DNA of 32,160 nucleotides from Bacilli bacterium. GTDB lineage: Bacteria; Bacillota_I; Bacilli_A; RFN20; CAG-826. The first letter of the stretch is position 1. Each line of letters opens with the position of its first letter. The notes beneath the pieces are model-generated. The model was not told the origin of the DNA, made no database searches, and saw nothing but the letters and a program-made list of their open reading frames with translations. Of this stretch, positions 1-9,550 are shown in pieces. The stretch is from assembly GCA_024408305.1 (NCBI GenBank), contig JAKSVD010000003.1, positions 1 to 32,160 on the forward strand. Reading direction: 5' to 3'. A program made the translations under genes and the position numbers.

Positions 1-951
1 AATAACGATACGCTGTCTCATACCGCCTGAGAATTCAAATGGATACTGATTGTATCTCTGTTCTGGGTGAGGAATACCAACTTCAGCCATGATCTTAAGA
101 GCTCTTCTTTTAGCTTCCTTGTGGGTAACCTTGAGTTCTGAGACATAACGTCTACGCTCTGAGATAAAGTCAGCAAAGAGGTTTTTCTTTGCCTCAGAAT
201 CTTCTTTTGCTTTTGCAAATATTGCGGCACGTTTTGTTTTGTGTCTTTCCTTGATTTCTGCAACGAATTTCTTAACTTCTTCCTTTGCAGATTTCTTTTT
301 AGCAGCTAAAGCGATCTTATCTTCAGCAATAATTGGAGTAAGTCTTGCCTTCTCGCTTTCGTAATGAGCGGTAGCCTCTGCAATTGCTTCAGGAGTTGAA
401 GCCTTGTTCTTCTTAACAAACTTCAATTCTTCTTTTGCTAACTGCAATAAGCGAAGGTCGTTTTTATATTTGATAAGCTCTTTGTTGATGAGGTTATCAT
501 AGACTTTCTTAACCTTATTACCGTTGGTAATCATGACCTCGGTAATCTGTTTTCCGATCTTAGCGATTGGGTTCAATGATGAAAGAGGGTCCTGGAAGAT
601 CATACCGATCTTAGTACCTCTGATTCTGTGGAATTCGTCCTCAGCAATCTTTGTTAAATCTTCACCTTCATATGTAACTGAACCAGAATCGATGTGGGCG
701 TTTCCTGCAAGGATGCCCATGATTGTCTTAGAAGTGACTGATTTGCCCGAACCAGACTCACCGACGATACAAAGGGTTTCTCCCTTGTATAGGTCGAATG
801 CAACGCCTCTAACGGCCTTAACGAAGCCGTCGTCTGTTGCAAAGCTGATTGCGAGGTTTCTAACTGAAAGGACAACTTCCTTTCCTTCAGGAACTGGTCC
901 AACGGAGTGTGGGTAGTCGATTGTACCCAATGCGATATTATTCTTTTCCAT
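1..951 (-). CDS. oppD: Oligopeptide ABC transporter ATP-binding protein (3' end runs off the window; absent from the ORF track)
   Basis: Manual translation from ATG at 951, which overlaps the oppC stop (TAATG): MEKNNIALG...CIVGESGSGKS (Walker A)...MIFQDPLSSLNP...YPFEFSGGMRQRIVI (ABC signature). The frame is open to the window edge. Confidence 0.95.
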   Translation of the reverse strand, partial: MEKNNIALGTIDYPHSVGPVPEGKEVVLSVRNLAISFATDDGFVKAVRGVAFDLYKGETLCIVGESGSGKSVTSKTIMGILAGNAHIDSGSVTYEGEDLTKIAEDEFHRIRGTKIGMIFQDPLSSLNPIAKIGKQITEVMITNGNKVKKVYDNLINKELIKYKNDLRLLQLAKEELKFVKKNKASTPEAIAEATAHYESEKARLTPIIAEDKIALAAKKKSAKEEVKKFVAEIKERHKTKRAAIFAKAKEDSEAKKNLFADFISERRRYVSELKVTHKEAKRRALKIMAEVGIPHPEQRYNQYPFEFSGGMRQRIVI

Positions 952-2969
952 TAGATTGATGCTCCTTTCGTTGTTGGGTTGAATGCGTCTCTTAATCCGT
1001 TACCGAATAAGTTGAAGCAGATCATGATGAGTGACATGACGATTGATGCAGAGATGATCATATATGGATATTGCTGGATATATCCCTGAGCGGTTGAAAG
1101 CGTCAAACCGAAGGATGTTGCACCCTGGAATGAAAGTGCGCCAGGCAATAAGTATGAGATTGAAGCTTCTGAGAAGATGACGCCAGGAATCATGAGAACA
1201 GCGCCGGTAACGATAGTACCGATACCGTTTGGCAAGATGTGCTGGAAGATAAGTCTCCAGTCAGATGCGCCAAGAGTTCTAGATGCGAGAACGTATTCAC
1301 GGCCCTTATAACGGTAGAACTGTGAACGGGTAGTAACTGATGTGCCAATCCATCCTGTTAAGCAAAGAGCAAGTAAGAAGATCCAGAAGTTAGATTCTCC
1401 GAACATTAAGACGATTAATGTCATAAGAACGATCCATGGCATACCGCCTAAGATTTCGGTCAAACGCTCCATGAGCATATCGACCCATCCGCCGAAGTAG
1501 CCTGAGATAGCACCCCAGACAACACCGATTGTAATGTTGATTATTGATGCCAAGAAACCTAATTCAAGGGATGTTAAGAGACCAGCGAAGACAACTTTGA
1601 AGAAGTCGTGTCCCTGAGAATCAGTTCCAAAGAAGAAGTTCATTGGTTTGCACTGAGAAATGTAACCCTTGTAATAGAAGAATCTATAACGGCTTCTAAC
1701 GCAGGTAGCTGACCATGATTCTGTATCGCCCCAGACGTTTGCGTCGATGTCGATAACAGATCTTGCTGGACACATCTTCTCGCCTAACGGAGTAAGCTGG
1801 AATGAGTTCTTGTTATCCCAGTCAAATGGCTGAGTAAGGTAGCCGTAATCATAGAAATTATCCATGTCGGTCTTTGTGAATGAGCCCACGTCATCGCAAT
1901 ATGCTGCTGCGTAGTAGTCATATGTGAATGAACCGGTTGTGACAATAGCGTGATATAAGCCCTTTTCAGCGCCGTTTTCGCCTTGTCCTGCAATCTTATA
2001 TGATTCGTATGAAGCAACGCCTGAAGTGAAGGAAACGACGTTATTCTTTTCATCAATTCCTGTTGCAACAACTTCAGTGCCTTTCTTAAGTTCGATTGAC
2101 TCGACATATGCGGTTGTCTTCATACCCATTTCATTACCTTCGACGATAACGCCGACATATGCGTTAATCTCGCCGCTTAATGAAGTATCGAGTGCCTTGA
2201 TGATTGAAGTGACGTTGTCAACCGTGATAGTGCCGTATGTATTGCTTGATTCTGTGAGTTTGTAATATTCCTGTTTCTTTGGTTTTGTGAATAAAGCAAG
2301 TGAAACCGATGGGAAATTTCCAACTTCCTCACAATATTCTTTGTTGAGGGAAACGCTTAATGAGTAATTTGCGTCTGTGTCATATTTGAATTCTGCTGAA
2401 TAAAGATATGCGTCGTAAACTTCATCGCCTTCCTTTGAAGAGATTGAAAGGCAGCCACCTTCACCACGAGTCATAACGACTGGTGACGGATTGTCAGCGT
2501 AACCTGGGGAAAGCGTGATACCATCTCTTCCTCCAACAACGCCAGATGGCATATATGTGTAGTTTCCGTTATCGTCTGCAGCAGGTAAGCCTGTGTCAGG
2601 ATCGATTGTGACGTTTGAAACCTTGCCTGTTCCGTCAAAGAATCCACCGTTATGCTTGTTGAACCACTTTGGTGGGAGATAGACGGCAATATCGTTGTTG
2701 TGATCGATATCGTTTCTATCAATAAGTGGTACGAAAATTGCCATCAAGATTAATGCACCAAGAATTGATGCAGCGACGACGGATGATTTGTTTTTAACGA
2801 ATCTCTTAAGTGCGTCTTTGATGAATGTAGTTGGCTTTGTTTTGAACTTCTGATCGTGGATTGAAGAATCGAGCTGGACGAATTCGAAGTCCTTTGATTC
2901 GTCGAACTTTACCTTGTTTTCGGAGACTTCAACTGTTTCTTCAACAGCGTTTTTCTTAATTGAACTCAT
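951..2969 (-). CDS. oppC: Oligopeptide ABC permease OppC with a large extracytoplasmic insertion
   Basis: N-terminal ALKRFVKNKSSVVA, FFGTDSQGHD, EYVLASRTLGAS (EAA loop) and FNLFGNGLRDAFNP; lies within the opp operon. Confidence 0.93.
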   Translation of the reverse strand: MSSIKKNAVEETVEVSENKVKFDESKDFEFVQLDSSIHDQKFKTKPTTFIKDALKRFVKNKSSVVAASILGALILMAIFVPLIDRNDIDHNNDIAVYLPPKWFNKHNGGFFDGTGKVSNVTIDPDTGLPAADDNGNYTYMPSGVVGGRDGITLSPGYADNPSPVVMTRGEGGCLSISSKEGDEVYDAYLYSAEFKYDTDANYSLSVSLNKEYCEEVGNFPSVSLALFTKPKKQEYYKLTESSNTYGTITVDNVTSIIKALDTSLSGEINAYVGVIVEGNEMGMKTTAYVESIELKKGTEVVATGIDEKNNVVSFTSGVASYESYKIAGQGENGAEKGLYHAIVTTGSFTYDYYAAAYCDDVGSFTKTDMDNFYDYGYLTQPFDWDNKNSFQLTPLGEKMCPARSVIDIDANVWGDTESWSATCVRSRYRFFYYKGYISQCKPMNFFFGTDSQGHDFFKVVFAGLLTSLELGFLASIINITIGVVWGAISGYFGGWVDMLMERLTEILGGMPWIVLMTLIVLMFGESNFWIFLLALCLTGWIGTSVTTRSQFYRYKGREYVLASRTLGASDWRLIFQHILPNGIGTIVTGAVLMIPGVIFSEASISYLLPGALSFQGATSFGLTLSTAQGYIQQYPYMIISASIVMSLIMICFNLFGNGLRDAFNPTTKGASI

Positions 2970-4057
2970 TATCTGCTAGCCCCCATTCTGATTCTTGGGT
3001 CGACGATACCGTATGATAAGTCGACGACTAATGTTGCGAATAAGCCGATCAATGTGTAAATAGCACTGTCGACCATGACGACTGAATAGTCTTTTGCTGT
3101 AAGTGCGGTAACAAAGATGTAACCGACACCAGGAATACCGTATAACTGCTCAAGGACCATTGAACCTGATAAAACTGCGACGAATTCGCCGATGATCATT
3201 GGAACGATTGGAACCATTGAGTTTCTTAAAGCATGCTTAACAACAGCCTGTGCTCTTGTTAATCCTTTTGTTCTAGCCAAGAGCAAGAATTCACTGGACA
3301 TGACTTCGCAAAGTTCAGCACGGGTATAACGTGCGAATCCGCAGATCGAACCGAAGCACAAAGCAAGAACAGGAATGATGTAGCCCTTAACTGCGACAAC
3401 CCAGTCACGTGATGCCTGGATTGATGATGGCCACTGGGTTGGAACCCAACCAGCGCCATAAGCGATCCAAATGAGCATGAAGGAGATTAAAACGAATGAA
3501 GGAACTGAAATGAAGATCATAATCACTGTGGAGATGATATGGTCTGTTGGTTTGTTTTTCTTTAAAGCTGCCCAAATACCAAGTCCAATACCGCATGGGA
3601 TGGAGATGATCATAGCAACGATGTTTAATTTCATGGAAACAGGAAGCATTCTCATGATGATTGAGATAGCTGACTGGCCAGCTGAAATCTGGGTTGAAGT
3701 ACCCCAGTCCCATCTAAGGAAGATGTTTCCGAGCCATTTGAAATATCTGACCATGACTGGCAAAGAGACATAGTAAACAGTTTCGCCTGTTGCGAATGTT
3801 CTTTCTTTTTCTGATGTTAAAATGCCAGAAGCATATTTAGCGTATTCAGGGTTGATAGTAACGCCATCTTCTAAATATGGTCTAACCATCTTGAAATAGC
3901 CAAGATCAATCTGTCTATCCAAGAAAGCGTACATTTCTGTCTCGTTACCACGAGGCAATTCCAGTGGAAGGCACTGGAGAAGGATATAGGTCAGGGAGAG
4001 AATAATAAATGTTGTTATTAATAACAAACCCAACCTCTTTAATACATATTTCCACAT
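2969..4057 (-). CDS. oppB: Oligopeptide ABC permease OppB
   Basis: MWKYVLKRL start at 4057 with upstream GAAAGGA; FLLLARTKGL, KHALRNSMVP and YGIVDPRIR motifs. Confidence 0.95.
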   Translation of the reverse strand: MWKYVLKRLGLLLITTFIILSLTYILLQCLPLELPRGNETEMYAFLDRQIDLGYFKMVRPYLEDGVTINPEYAKYASGILTSEKERTFATGETVYYVSLPVMVRYFKWLGNIFLRWDWGTSTQISAGQSAISIIMRMLPVSMKLNIVAMIISIPCGIGLGIWAALKKNKPTDHIISTVIMIFISVPSFVLISFMLIWIAYGAGWVPTQWPSSIQASRDWVVAVKGYIIPVLALCFGSICGFARYTRAELCEVMSSEFLLLARTKGLTRAQAVVKHALRNSMVPIVPMIIGEFVAVLSGSMVLEQLYGIPGVGYIFVTALTAKDYSVVMVDSAIYTLIGLFATLVVDLSYGIVDPRIRMGASR

Positions 4058-4123
4058 AAAAATCCTTTCATGCAAATAGGTTGCCAAGAAAATATAACAA
4101 ATTTACTATGTAAATACAAATAT

Positions 4124-4146
4124 AAAAGGGCGGTTGAACGCCGCCC
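4124..4146 (-). terminator. Intrinsic terminator or stabilising hairpin between oppA and oppB
   Basis: Minus strand reads GGGCGG-cgttcaa-CCGCCC followed by TTTTA, just after the oppA stop. Confidence 0.7.
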
Positions 4147-4164
4147 AGTTATTAAGTTTTGTTA

Positions 4165-6846
4165 TTAGATTGAAGCGTTGATTGCTGCAAGTGGGATCTT
4201 TGCCTCACCAACAACAGTCTTTTCGACGCCTGTGAATTCGCACTTGAATCCGACTTCGAAGACGAGTGTGTCAACGTTTCCTGCGTCCCAAGAACCATCG
4301 ATCTGCTTAGCAGAATTCTTGATTGCAGCTGACTTCATTGTGAATGAGATTGAACCGTCATTCTTGTTGTAATCCCACTGTAAGTTAGCTGAGCCAAGAG
4401 CTGATGTGTAATCGAAGTAATATGGAGCAACCTGTGAGCCTTCTCCGAACTGGAGCCAGACATAGTTGATTCCGTATTTGACGAGGGATTCGCCGTCCTT
4501 ATCAACAACATCAGGTGTTTCGAAGTAGACAGTGAATGTGCCATCATTCTTGTTTACGACAAGGTTCTCATCGTCATCTTCTGAGTACTTCCAATCGTTG
4601 ATTGGGTTAACGTTGACGCCCTTCTTAACGATTGCTGCACCGTTTGCTGCAGTGTAGAGAGCGTCGTATGACCATGATAATTCCTTGAATTCGCAAGGTT
4701 TTGCTGTGAGTTTTGCAGTGTCATCACCCCAGTTTGTTGTGAATCCCTGAGATAACTTGTTTGTGCAAATGACAGACATGAAGGAGATTGGGTTTAAGAC
4801 GTTACCTGTGATTGCACCTTCAGCGAAGTCGAATTCGCCCTGGTCCATCTTGGAGTATGCGTCTGTGTATGATGAGCCTGCGACCTTGCAATCGATGTCG
4901 AGTGTCATGTCGTAGCCAAGTTCCTTAGCTGCTGCGTTGAATGGTGTCTCGATATATGATTCGAGGGTCTTACCAATGTTCTGGAGAGCTTCGTCTTTTC
5001 TCCACCAGAATGTTAATGTGATCTTGTCATCATCTTCGTAATCGCCATTTGCGACCAATGTCTGGATAGCTTTCTTGAAGAGCTGCTGAGCCATGGATGG
5101 TGAATATCCTGGGATACCGCCGTCTGCGACTTTTTCGTACTTAGCAGTGACTGCCTTACCTTCGTCTGTATCACGGAATGATAAGTCATTTTCTGGGTCA
5201 ATCTTATATGCGCCTGAGAGGTAGCCATAAGCTGGGTTGTGACCGGTCTTGTTAGCTAATTCAGCACGGTTCATTGAGAAGTAGACTCCGTCTAAGAAGT
5301 CGTCGTTGCTCATGATTGGCTTAACGTCCCAGAAGGTCTTTGGGTTGGTGTGCTGGTATGCAGTACCATTTGTTCCGAAGTATCTATCCCACTGACTCTG
5401 AGTACATGAGTTAACATTGATCTTGATAACTGTTGAACCTTCAGTCTTGTGAGCCATCTTATCTGTTGCGAAGTCTTTGACACGCTTTGATGGAACTGAT
5501 GCTTCGTCTAATTTACCCTGTAAGAATGATTCAAATGCCTGATCCTCATCCTTGAAGCCTGTTTCACAGTAGCCTTCGAAGTGGATTTCGTCGACCATGT
5601 TGTAGGTTGGGTTCTTTTCGTAAACTGTTAATTTTGTCTGTTCCCATGAGATGACATTGTATGCACCGCATGAAAGGATGTTGTCGCAGTTCTTCTTTGG
5701 ATCTGCATTTGAGCCGATCATACCGAAGTTCTTAGCGCCTGTTGTTAATGAGCCGTTACCGATGTCCTTAAGGAAGTCAGCTGGCATTGGTGAATAAAGA
5801 CCTGATGCTGTGTTATATCTAGCATAGAATCTGCTCTGTGGTGTGATAAATGCAACGTCGATTGAGTTCTCAGTTGTATTGAGTTTGATACCGACACCGT
5901 TGAAATAAGAGTGGTCATTTGTTGGCTTTGAGTACTTTGTCTCGCCCCACTTCTTGTTCTGACCTGATGCATAGAGGTAGTCTGATGCGCCAGCAAAACC
6001 TGAAGCGTCATCGATAAGTCCTGATGCACGGACAAGAGCGTTGTCCAACATGACCTGGAATGGTGTTAAATAGTCATCGAGAACGATTTCACGACCATTG
6101 TACTTTGTATACCATTTTGATTCTGGTGCTGTTGAATAGACGAACTTTCTTCCTGCAGGAGCATTAGCTGCTGTATAGAGTGGGATTCTCCAGAAACGGG
6201 AAACCATTCCGTCTTCGTATGTAACTTCTTTACCGTTATCATCGAGTGGGATTGGGTCGTCGCCTCTTGCTAATTCGCCTCTCCAGTAATATCCGTCTGC
6301 TGACTTGTTCATGGTAACGCCATAGTAGGAAGCGGTGATCATGCCGTTCTTACCTGCGACGTCCTGGCCCTGAGAGTTCCAGTAGTTGAATGTACCAGAG
6401 TCTTCCGTTGCATATGACTGGAAGTATGATGGGTATGGTGTATCTGCTTCTGTTAAGATTGCGCTATCTCCATACATTTTTCCGGATGGGTCGAGAGTTG
6501 AATTTCCGACGCCGAAACCGTAGTTAGGGATGTACTTGTCGCTTGCGAGCTTGATACGTGGTGAGAATAATTCGTAACCAGCGTCATCGTAAAGTGGAAT
6601 ACCAGCTAAGTGGTGATTCATTGCATATCCTTCAAGCTGACCAAGGATTTCTGCCTTTTCTTTTGGTGTAGCTGTTGTGAAATTGTAGATGCCTTCAGCA
6701 GGCTTATACTTCAATGTGGATGGATCGACATCTTCGCCACCATTGCCACTTGGGCGTGATACTGAAGTGTTTCCTTTCCCTCCGCAAGAAGCTAACATCA
6801 AAACAGCGATAGCAGAACCTAAAATTGATTTAAATTTCTTGTTCAT
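4165..6846 (-). CDS. oppA: Peptide ABC transporter substrate-binding lipoprotein (family 5, large, apparently permuted)
   Basis: Start MNKKFKS at 6846 with RBS GAAAGGA; lipobox LASC; SBP5-like segments ILSCGAYNVISWEQ, EKNPTY and MNRAELA; first gene of the oppBCD operon. Confidence 0.85.
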   Translation of the reverse strand: MNKKFKSILGSAIAVLMLASCGGKGNTSVSRPSGNGGEDVDPSTLKYKPAEGIYNFTTATPKEKAEILGQLEGYAMNHHLAGIPLYDDAGYELFSPRIKLASDKYIPNYGFGVGNSTLDPSGKMYGDSAILTEADTPYPSYFQSYATEDSGTFNYWNSQGQDVAGKNGMITASYYGVTMNKSADGYYWRGELARGDDPIPLDDNGKEVTYEDGMVSRFWRIPLYTAANAPAGRKFVYSTAPESKWYTKYNGREIVLDDYLTPFQVMLDNALVRASGLIDDASGFAGASDYLYASGQNKKWGETKYSKPTNDHSYFNGVGIKLNTTENSIDVAFITPQSRFYARYNTASGLYSPMPADFLKDIGNGSLTTGAKNFGMIGSNADPKKNCDNILSCGAYNVISWEQTKLTVYEKNPTYNMVDEIHFEGYCETGFKDEDQAFESFLQGKLDEASVPSKRVKDFATDKMAHKTEGSTVIKINVNSCTQSQWDRYFGTNGTAYQHTNPKTFWDVKPIMSNDDFLDGVYFSMNRAELANKTGHNPAYGYLSGAYKIDPENDLSFRDTDEGKAVTAKYEKVADGGIPGYSPSMAQQLFKKAIQTLVANGDYEDDDKITLTFWWRKDEALQNIGKTLESYIETPFNAAAKELGYDMTLDIDCKVAGSSYTDAYSKMDQGEFDFAEGAITGNVLNPISFMSVICTNKLSQGFTTNWGDDTAKLTAKPCEFKELSWSYDALYTAANGAAIVKKGVNVNPINDWKYSEDDDENLVVNKNDGTFTVYFETPDVVDKDGESLVKYGINYVWLQFGEGSQVAPYYFDYTSALGSANLQWDYNKNDGSISFTMKSAAIKNSAKQIDGSWDAGNVDTLVFEVGFKCEFTGVEKTVVGEAKIPLAAINASI

Positions 6847-6889
6847 AGTGTTAGTTCCTTTCTGCTCACAGTTGTTAAAACCGCGCATT

Positions 6890-6919
6890 AAACTATCCAC
6901 TAGTACGGAAAAATGTCAA
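6890..6919 (-). promoter_or_regulatory. Sigma70-type promoter of the opp operon
   Basis: TTGACA-18 nt-TAGTTT on the minus strand upstream of oppA. Confidence 0.55.
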
Positions 6920-6950
6920 TGATTATTTTTAATAATTAGAAGAACGGGCG

Positions 6951-7370
6951 TTACATACACATATAAATCACAGTGAGAAGTACCGCCAGAGCAAGGGCCG
7001 AGAAACCTATGATAATGTATGGGATTAGGTATGGTTGATGATCGTGTCTTTTTTGTTCTTGTACTTGTCTATATTGGTATGGCGACTCGTATTTATGGGT
7101 GATATCTTTCTTAAAGCTTTCTCCAAAGGCAATAAGACCGAATGCAACTACGTCAAATAGGCCAGTTCTGCCAACCCAAATGAAGAAAGGAACCACCAAA
7201 ACCACAACCGCCGCAGGCAAAAAAGAATTGGATAAAATAAGCATGATTCCATTGATTGTGGAGCCGTTTTTGAATGGCGAATTTATGAAGAAAAATAAAG
7301 TGAAAAATATTGTCAATATAATCACAGATGCTATCCAATTTATAAGTTTTTGCTTTTGTCTTTGGGTCAC
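6951..7370 (-). CDS. DUF3899-like membrane protein (about 3 TM helices)
   Basis: Hydrophobic helices flank a GLFDVVAFG motif typical of DUF3899. The likely start is GTG at 7370, 6 nt after a TACACT -10; the ORF track uses TTG 7388. Confidence 0.65.
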   Translation of the reverse strand: MTQRQKQKLINWIASVIILTIFFTLFFFINSPFKNGSTINGIMLILSNSFLPAAVVVLVVPFFIWVGRTGLFDVVAFGLIAFGESFKKDITHKYESPYQYRQVQEQKRHDHQPYLIPYIIIGFSALALAVLLTVIYMCM

Positions 7371-7498
7371 GGACAAAGTGTAATACAATCACAAACACTT
7401 TAGCAATATCTAAGTTTAATATGCACATACGCAAAAGTAATCATTGAAGTATTCAAAAACTAATGTATTTTAATATGGCACAAGAAAGGAGACACGTT

Positions 7499-9514
7499 AT
7501 GAAAAAGAAAATGTTAATGCTCGTAAGCCTTCTAGCAGTTGCGTCAATCACAGCATGTGGTTCTGGTGACGGCGGAGACTCAAGTAGCAGCGGCTCAAAG
7601 GCCTCAACAACATTATCTGTCGAAAATGACACCATCCCTGCCGGAGGTTCATTCTTCGATACTTGTAAGCCAACAGTCATTTACCGCGACAAAAACGGAA
7701 ATGAAGAGAACATGGCCGAATACAAGAACATGACAACATACGCTCTCACGGATGCTGAAGGCAATGAATATACTGCCGGCGAAGCTTTAAAGGCAGGCAA
7801 ATACACAGCAACCGCGACAGTTAAGAACCGTGAAGGTAAAGTAGAAATCACGGTCGAAGATGGTAATCCAGAATCCGGAGCAGAAGGAAAAGGATATAAG
7901 ACCTACTATGCTAAAGATTTCGAGAAACTCGCAATCATGAAGCACGAAAACACCGGTACATTAGGAGCCGGCAAGTTCCCATCACTTGGAACACCTAAGA
8001 TGTTAGTCGTCCCAGTTATCTTTAAAGATATGGAAGGCTATCAGGATTTCACTGACGAAGAGATCGAAGTTATCGAAAAGGCATTCTTCGGAGAAGCTAA
8101 CGATACAAGCTGGCAGTCAGTTAAATCATATTACTACTCAAGCAGCTACGGAAATCTCGATATCCAAGGCGAAGTTTCTAAGAAACAGTTCGTTTATTCA
8201 AAGACTGTTGCAGAATGCGAAAGACAGGGCTCGGGCTTTGCAGCTGGCGTTGCTCAATCTGCCGCAAACTGGTACATCCGCGAAAAAGGATTGAACGCAA
8301 CAGACTACGACTACGATAGAGACGGATATATCGATGGCATCAATGTCATCTATAAGACAACCGCTAAGGATAAAAATGATGGCGGCGCAGATTGCTGGTG
8401 GAACTACACATCATGTGTTAATTCACAGCCAAGCCTTTCTAACCCATCTGTCCACAGATACTTCTTCAGCGCATATAAGTACATCTCAACACCTTATTAC
8501 ACATATCCAAATCCAACAATCGATGCTCACACATTGATCCACGAAAACGGACACTTAATCGGTTTGAATGACTACTATTCATACGATAAAGATGATACAG
8601 GCACCGCATCAGAGGCACCTGCAGGATGCTGCGATATGATGGACTGGAACGTCGGAGACCACAACGGATACTCCAAGATGCTCTATAACTGGTTAAGAAA
8701 AGACGCATCATCAAAAGGCGTTAACCTTATGAATATTGATGGTTCTAGCGACAACTTCACGCTCCACATCAATTCATTCACTGACACAGGCGATCTCATC
8801 CTTATCAGAAACACGACAACCGATCCATGGAACCAGTCACCATATGATGAATATCTCATCATGCAGTATTACACACCAACCGGTGTTAATGAAGGTGACA
8901 AGAACGGTTACGGTGAATGGAAGCAGAACACCAACGCAGGAAATGCAGGAACATATGAATATCCTGGACTTCAGGTCTTCCACGTTGACTCCAGAATGGC
9001 TGTTCAGTACGGCAAGGTTGAAGGTGGAAAAACTGTTTCAGAAGGATACAGATATTTCGACCCAATGCTAGAAGAAGCAGATCCAATCCCAGAAAAGGAA
9101 ACAAGATTTGCAGATGGAACATATATCGGAGCACCAATCCAGATGACCGATAACACTCCATCAAGATCAAGCTACATTGATGAAAACGGAAAGATCCAGA
9201 AAGACGGAAACGTCAGAGAACTCAGTGCGATTCTCTCATCAGGCGTTAACGGATTGATCTCATCCTCTTACTACACAATGTTCGGTGTTCAGTCCAACCT
9301 CTTTGGCACCAAGGACTGGGCAGAAGCTCATGACTATTCATACTTTGCAGGTTCAAATACCTACTCTAACTTCAGAGTCAGAGACTTCTACATGCACGGC
9401 GAAGACGATTTAGTCTTCAATGACGGTTCAAAATTTAACTGGACAGTCAGCGTCGAAAGCCAGGACGAAACAGGATGCACACTCCACTTCGTCAACAACG
9501 ACGCAATCAAATAA
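7499..9514 (+). CDS. M6-family (immune inhibitor A-like) zinc metalloprotease lipoprotein
   Basis: RBS GAAAGGAG; lipobox ITAC; KMLVVPVIF, SVKSYYYSSSYG, DYDRDGYIDG, zinc motif HENGHLIGLNDYY, DMMD Met-turn and VFHVDSR. Confidence 0.88.
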   Translation: MKKKMLMLVSLLAVASITACGSGDGGDSSSSGSKASTTLSVENDTIPAGGSFFDTCKPTVIYRDKNGNEENMAEYKNMTTYALTDAEGNEYTAGEALKAGKYTATATVKNREGKVEITVEDGNPESGAEGKGYKTYYAKDFEKLAIMKHENTGTLGAGKFPSLGTPKMLVVPVIFKDMEGYQDFTDEEIEVIEKAFFGEANDTSWQSVKSYYYSSSYGNLDIQGEVSKKQFVYSKTVAECERQGSGFAAGVAQSAANWYIREKGLNATDYDYDRDGYIDGINVIYKTTAKDKNDGGADCWWNYTSCVNSQPSLSNPSVHRYFFSAYKYISTPYYTYPNPTIDAHTLIHENGHLIGLNDYYSYDKDDTGTASEAPAGCCDMMDWNVGDHNGYSKMLYNWLRKDASSKGVNLMNIDGSSDNFTLHINSFTDTGDLILIRNTTTDPWNQSPYDEYLIMQYYTPTGVNEGDKNGYGEWKQNTNAGNAGTYEYPGLQVFHVDSRMAVQYGKVEGGKTVSEGYRYFDPMLEEADPIPEKETRFADGTYIGAPIQMTDNTPSRSSYIDENGKIQKDGNVRELSAILSSGVNGLISSSYYTMFGVQSNLFGTKDWAEAHDYSYFAGSNTYSNFRVRDFYMHGEDDLVFNDGSKFNWTVSVESQDETGCTLHFVNNDAIK

Positions 9515-9550
9515 GATTCAAACAATTGAATAAATTGAAAGGAAACTAAA

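Noticed and set aside
18-916. ORF-track ORFs 18..263, 524..916 and 654..902
   Set aside because: They are shadow frames of the real oppD gene (1..951, minus strand), which the track missed because it has no stop in the window.
951-4176. OppC and OppA both end in ASI-stop (TTAGATTGA on the + strand)
   Set aside because: Too short a match, with no flanking homology; probably chance.
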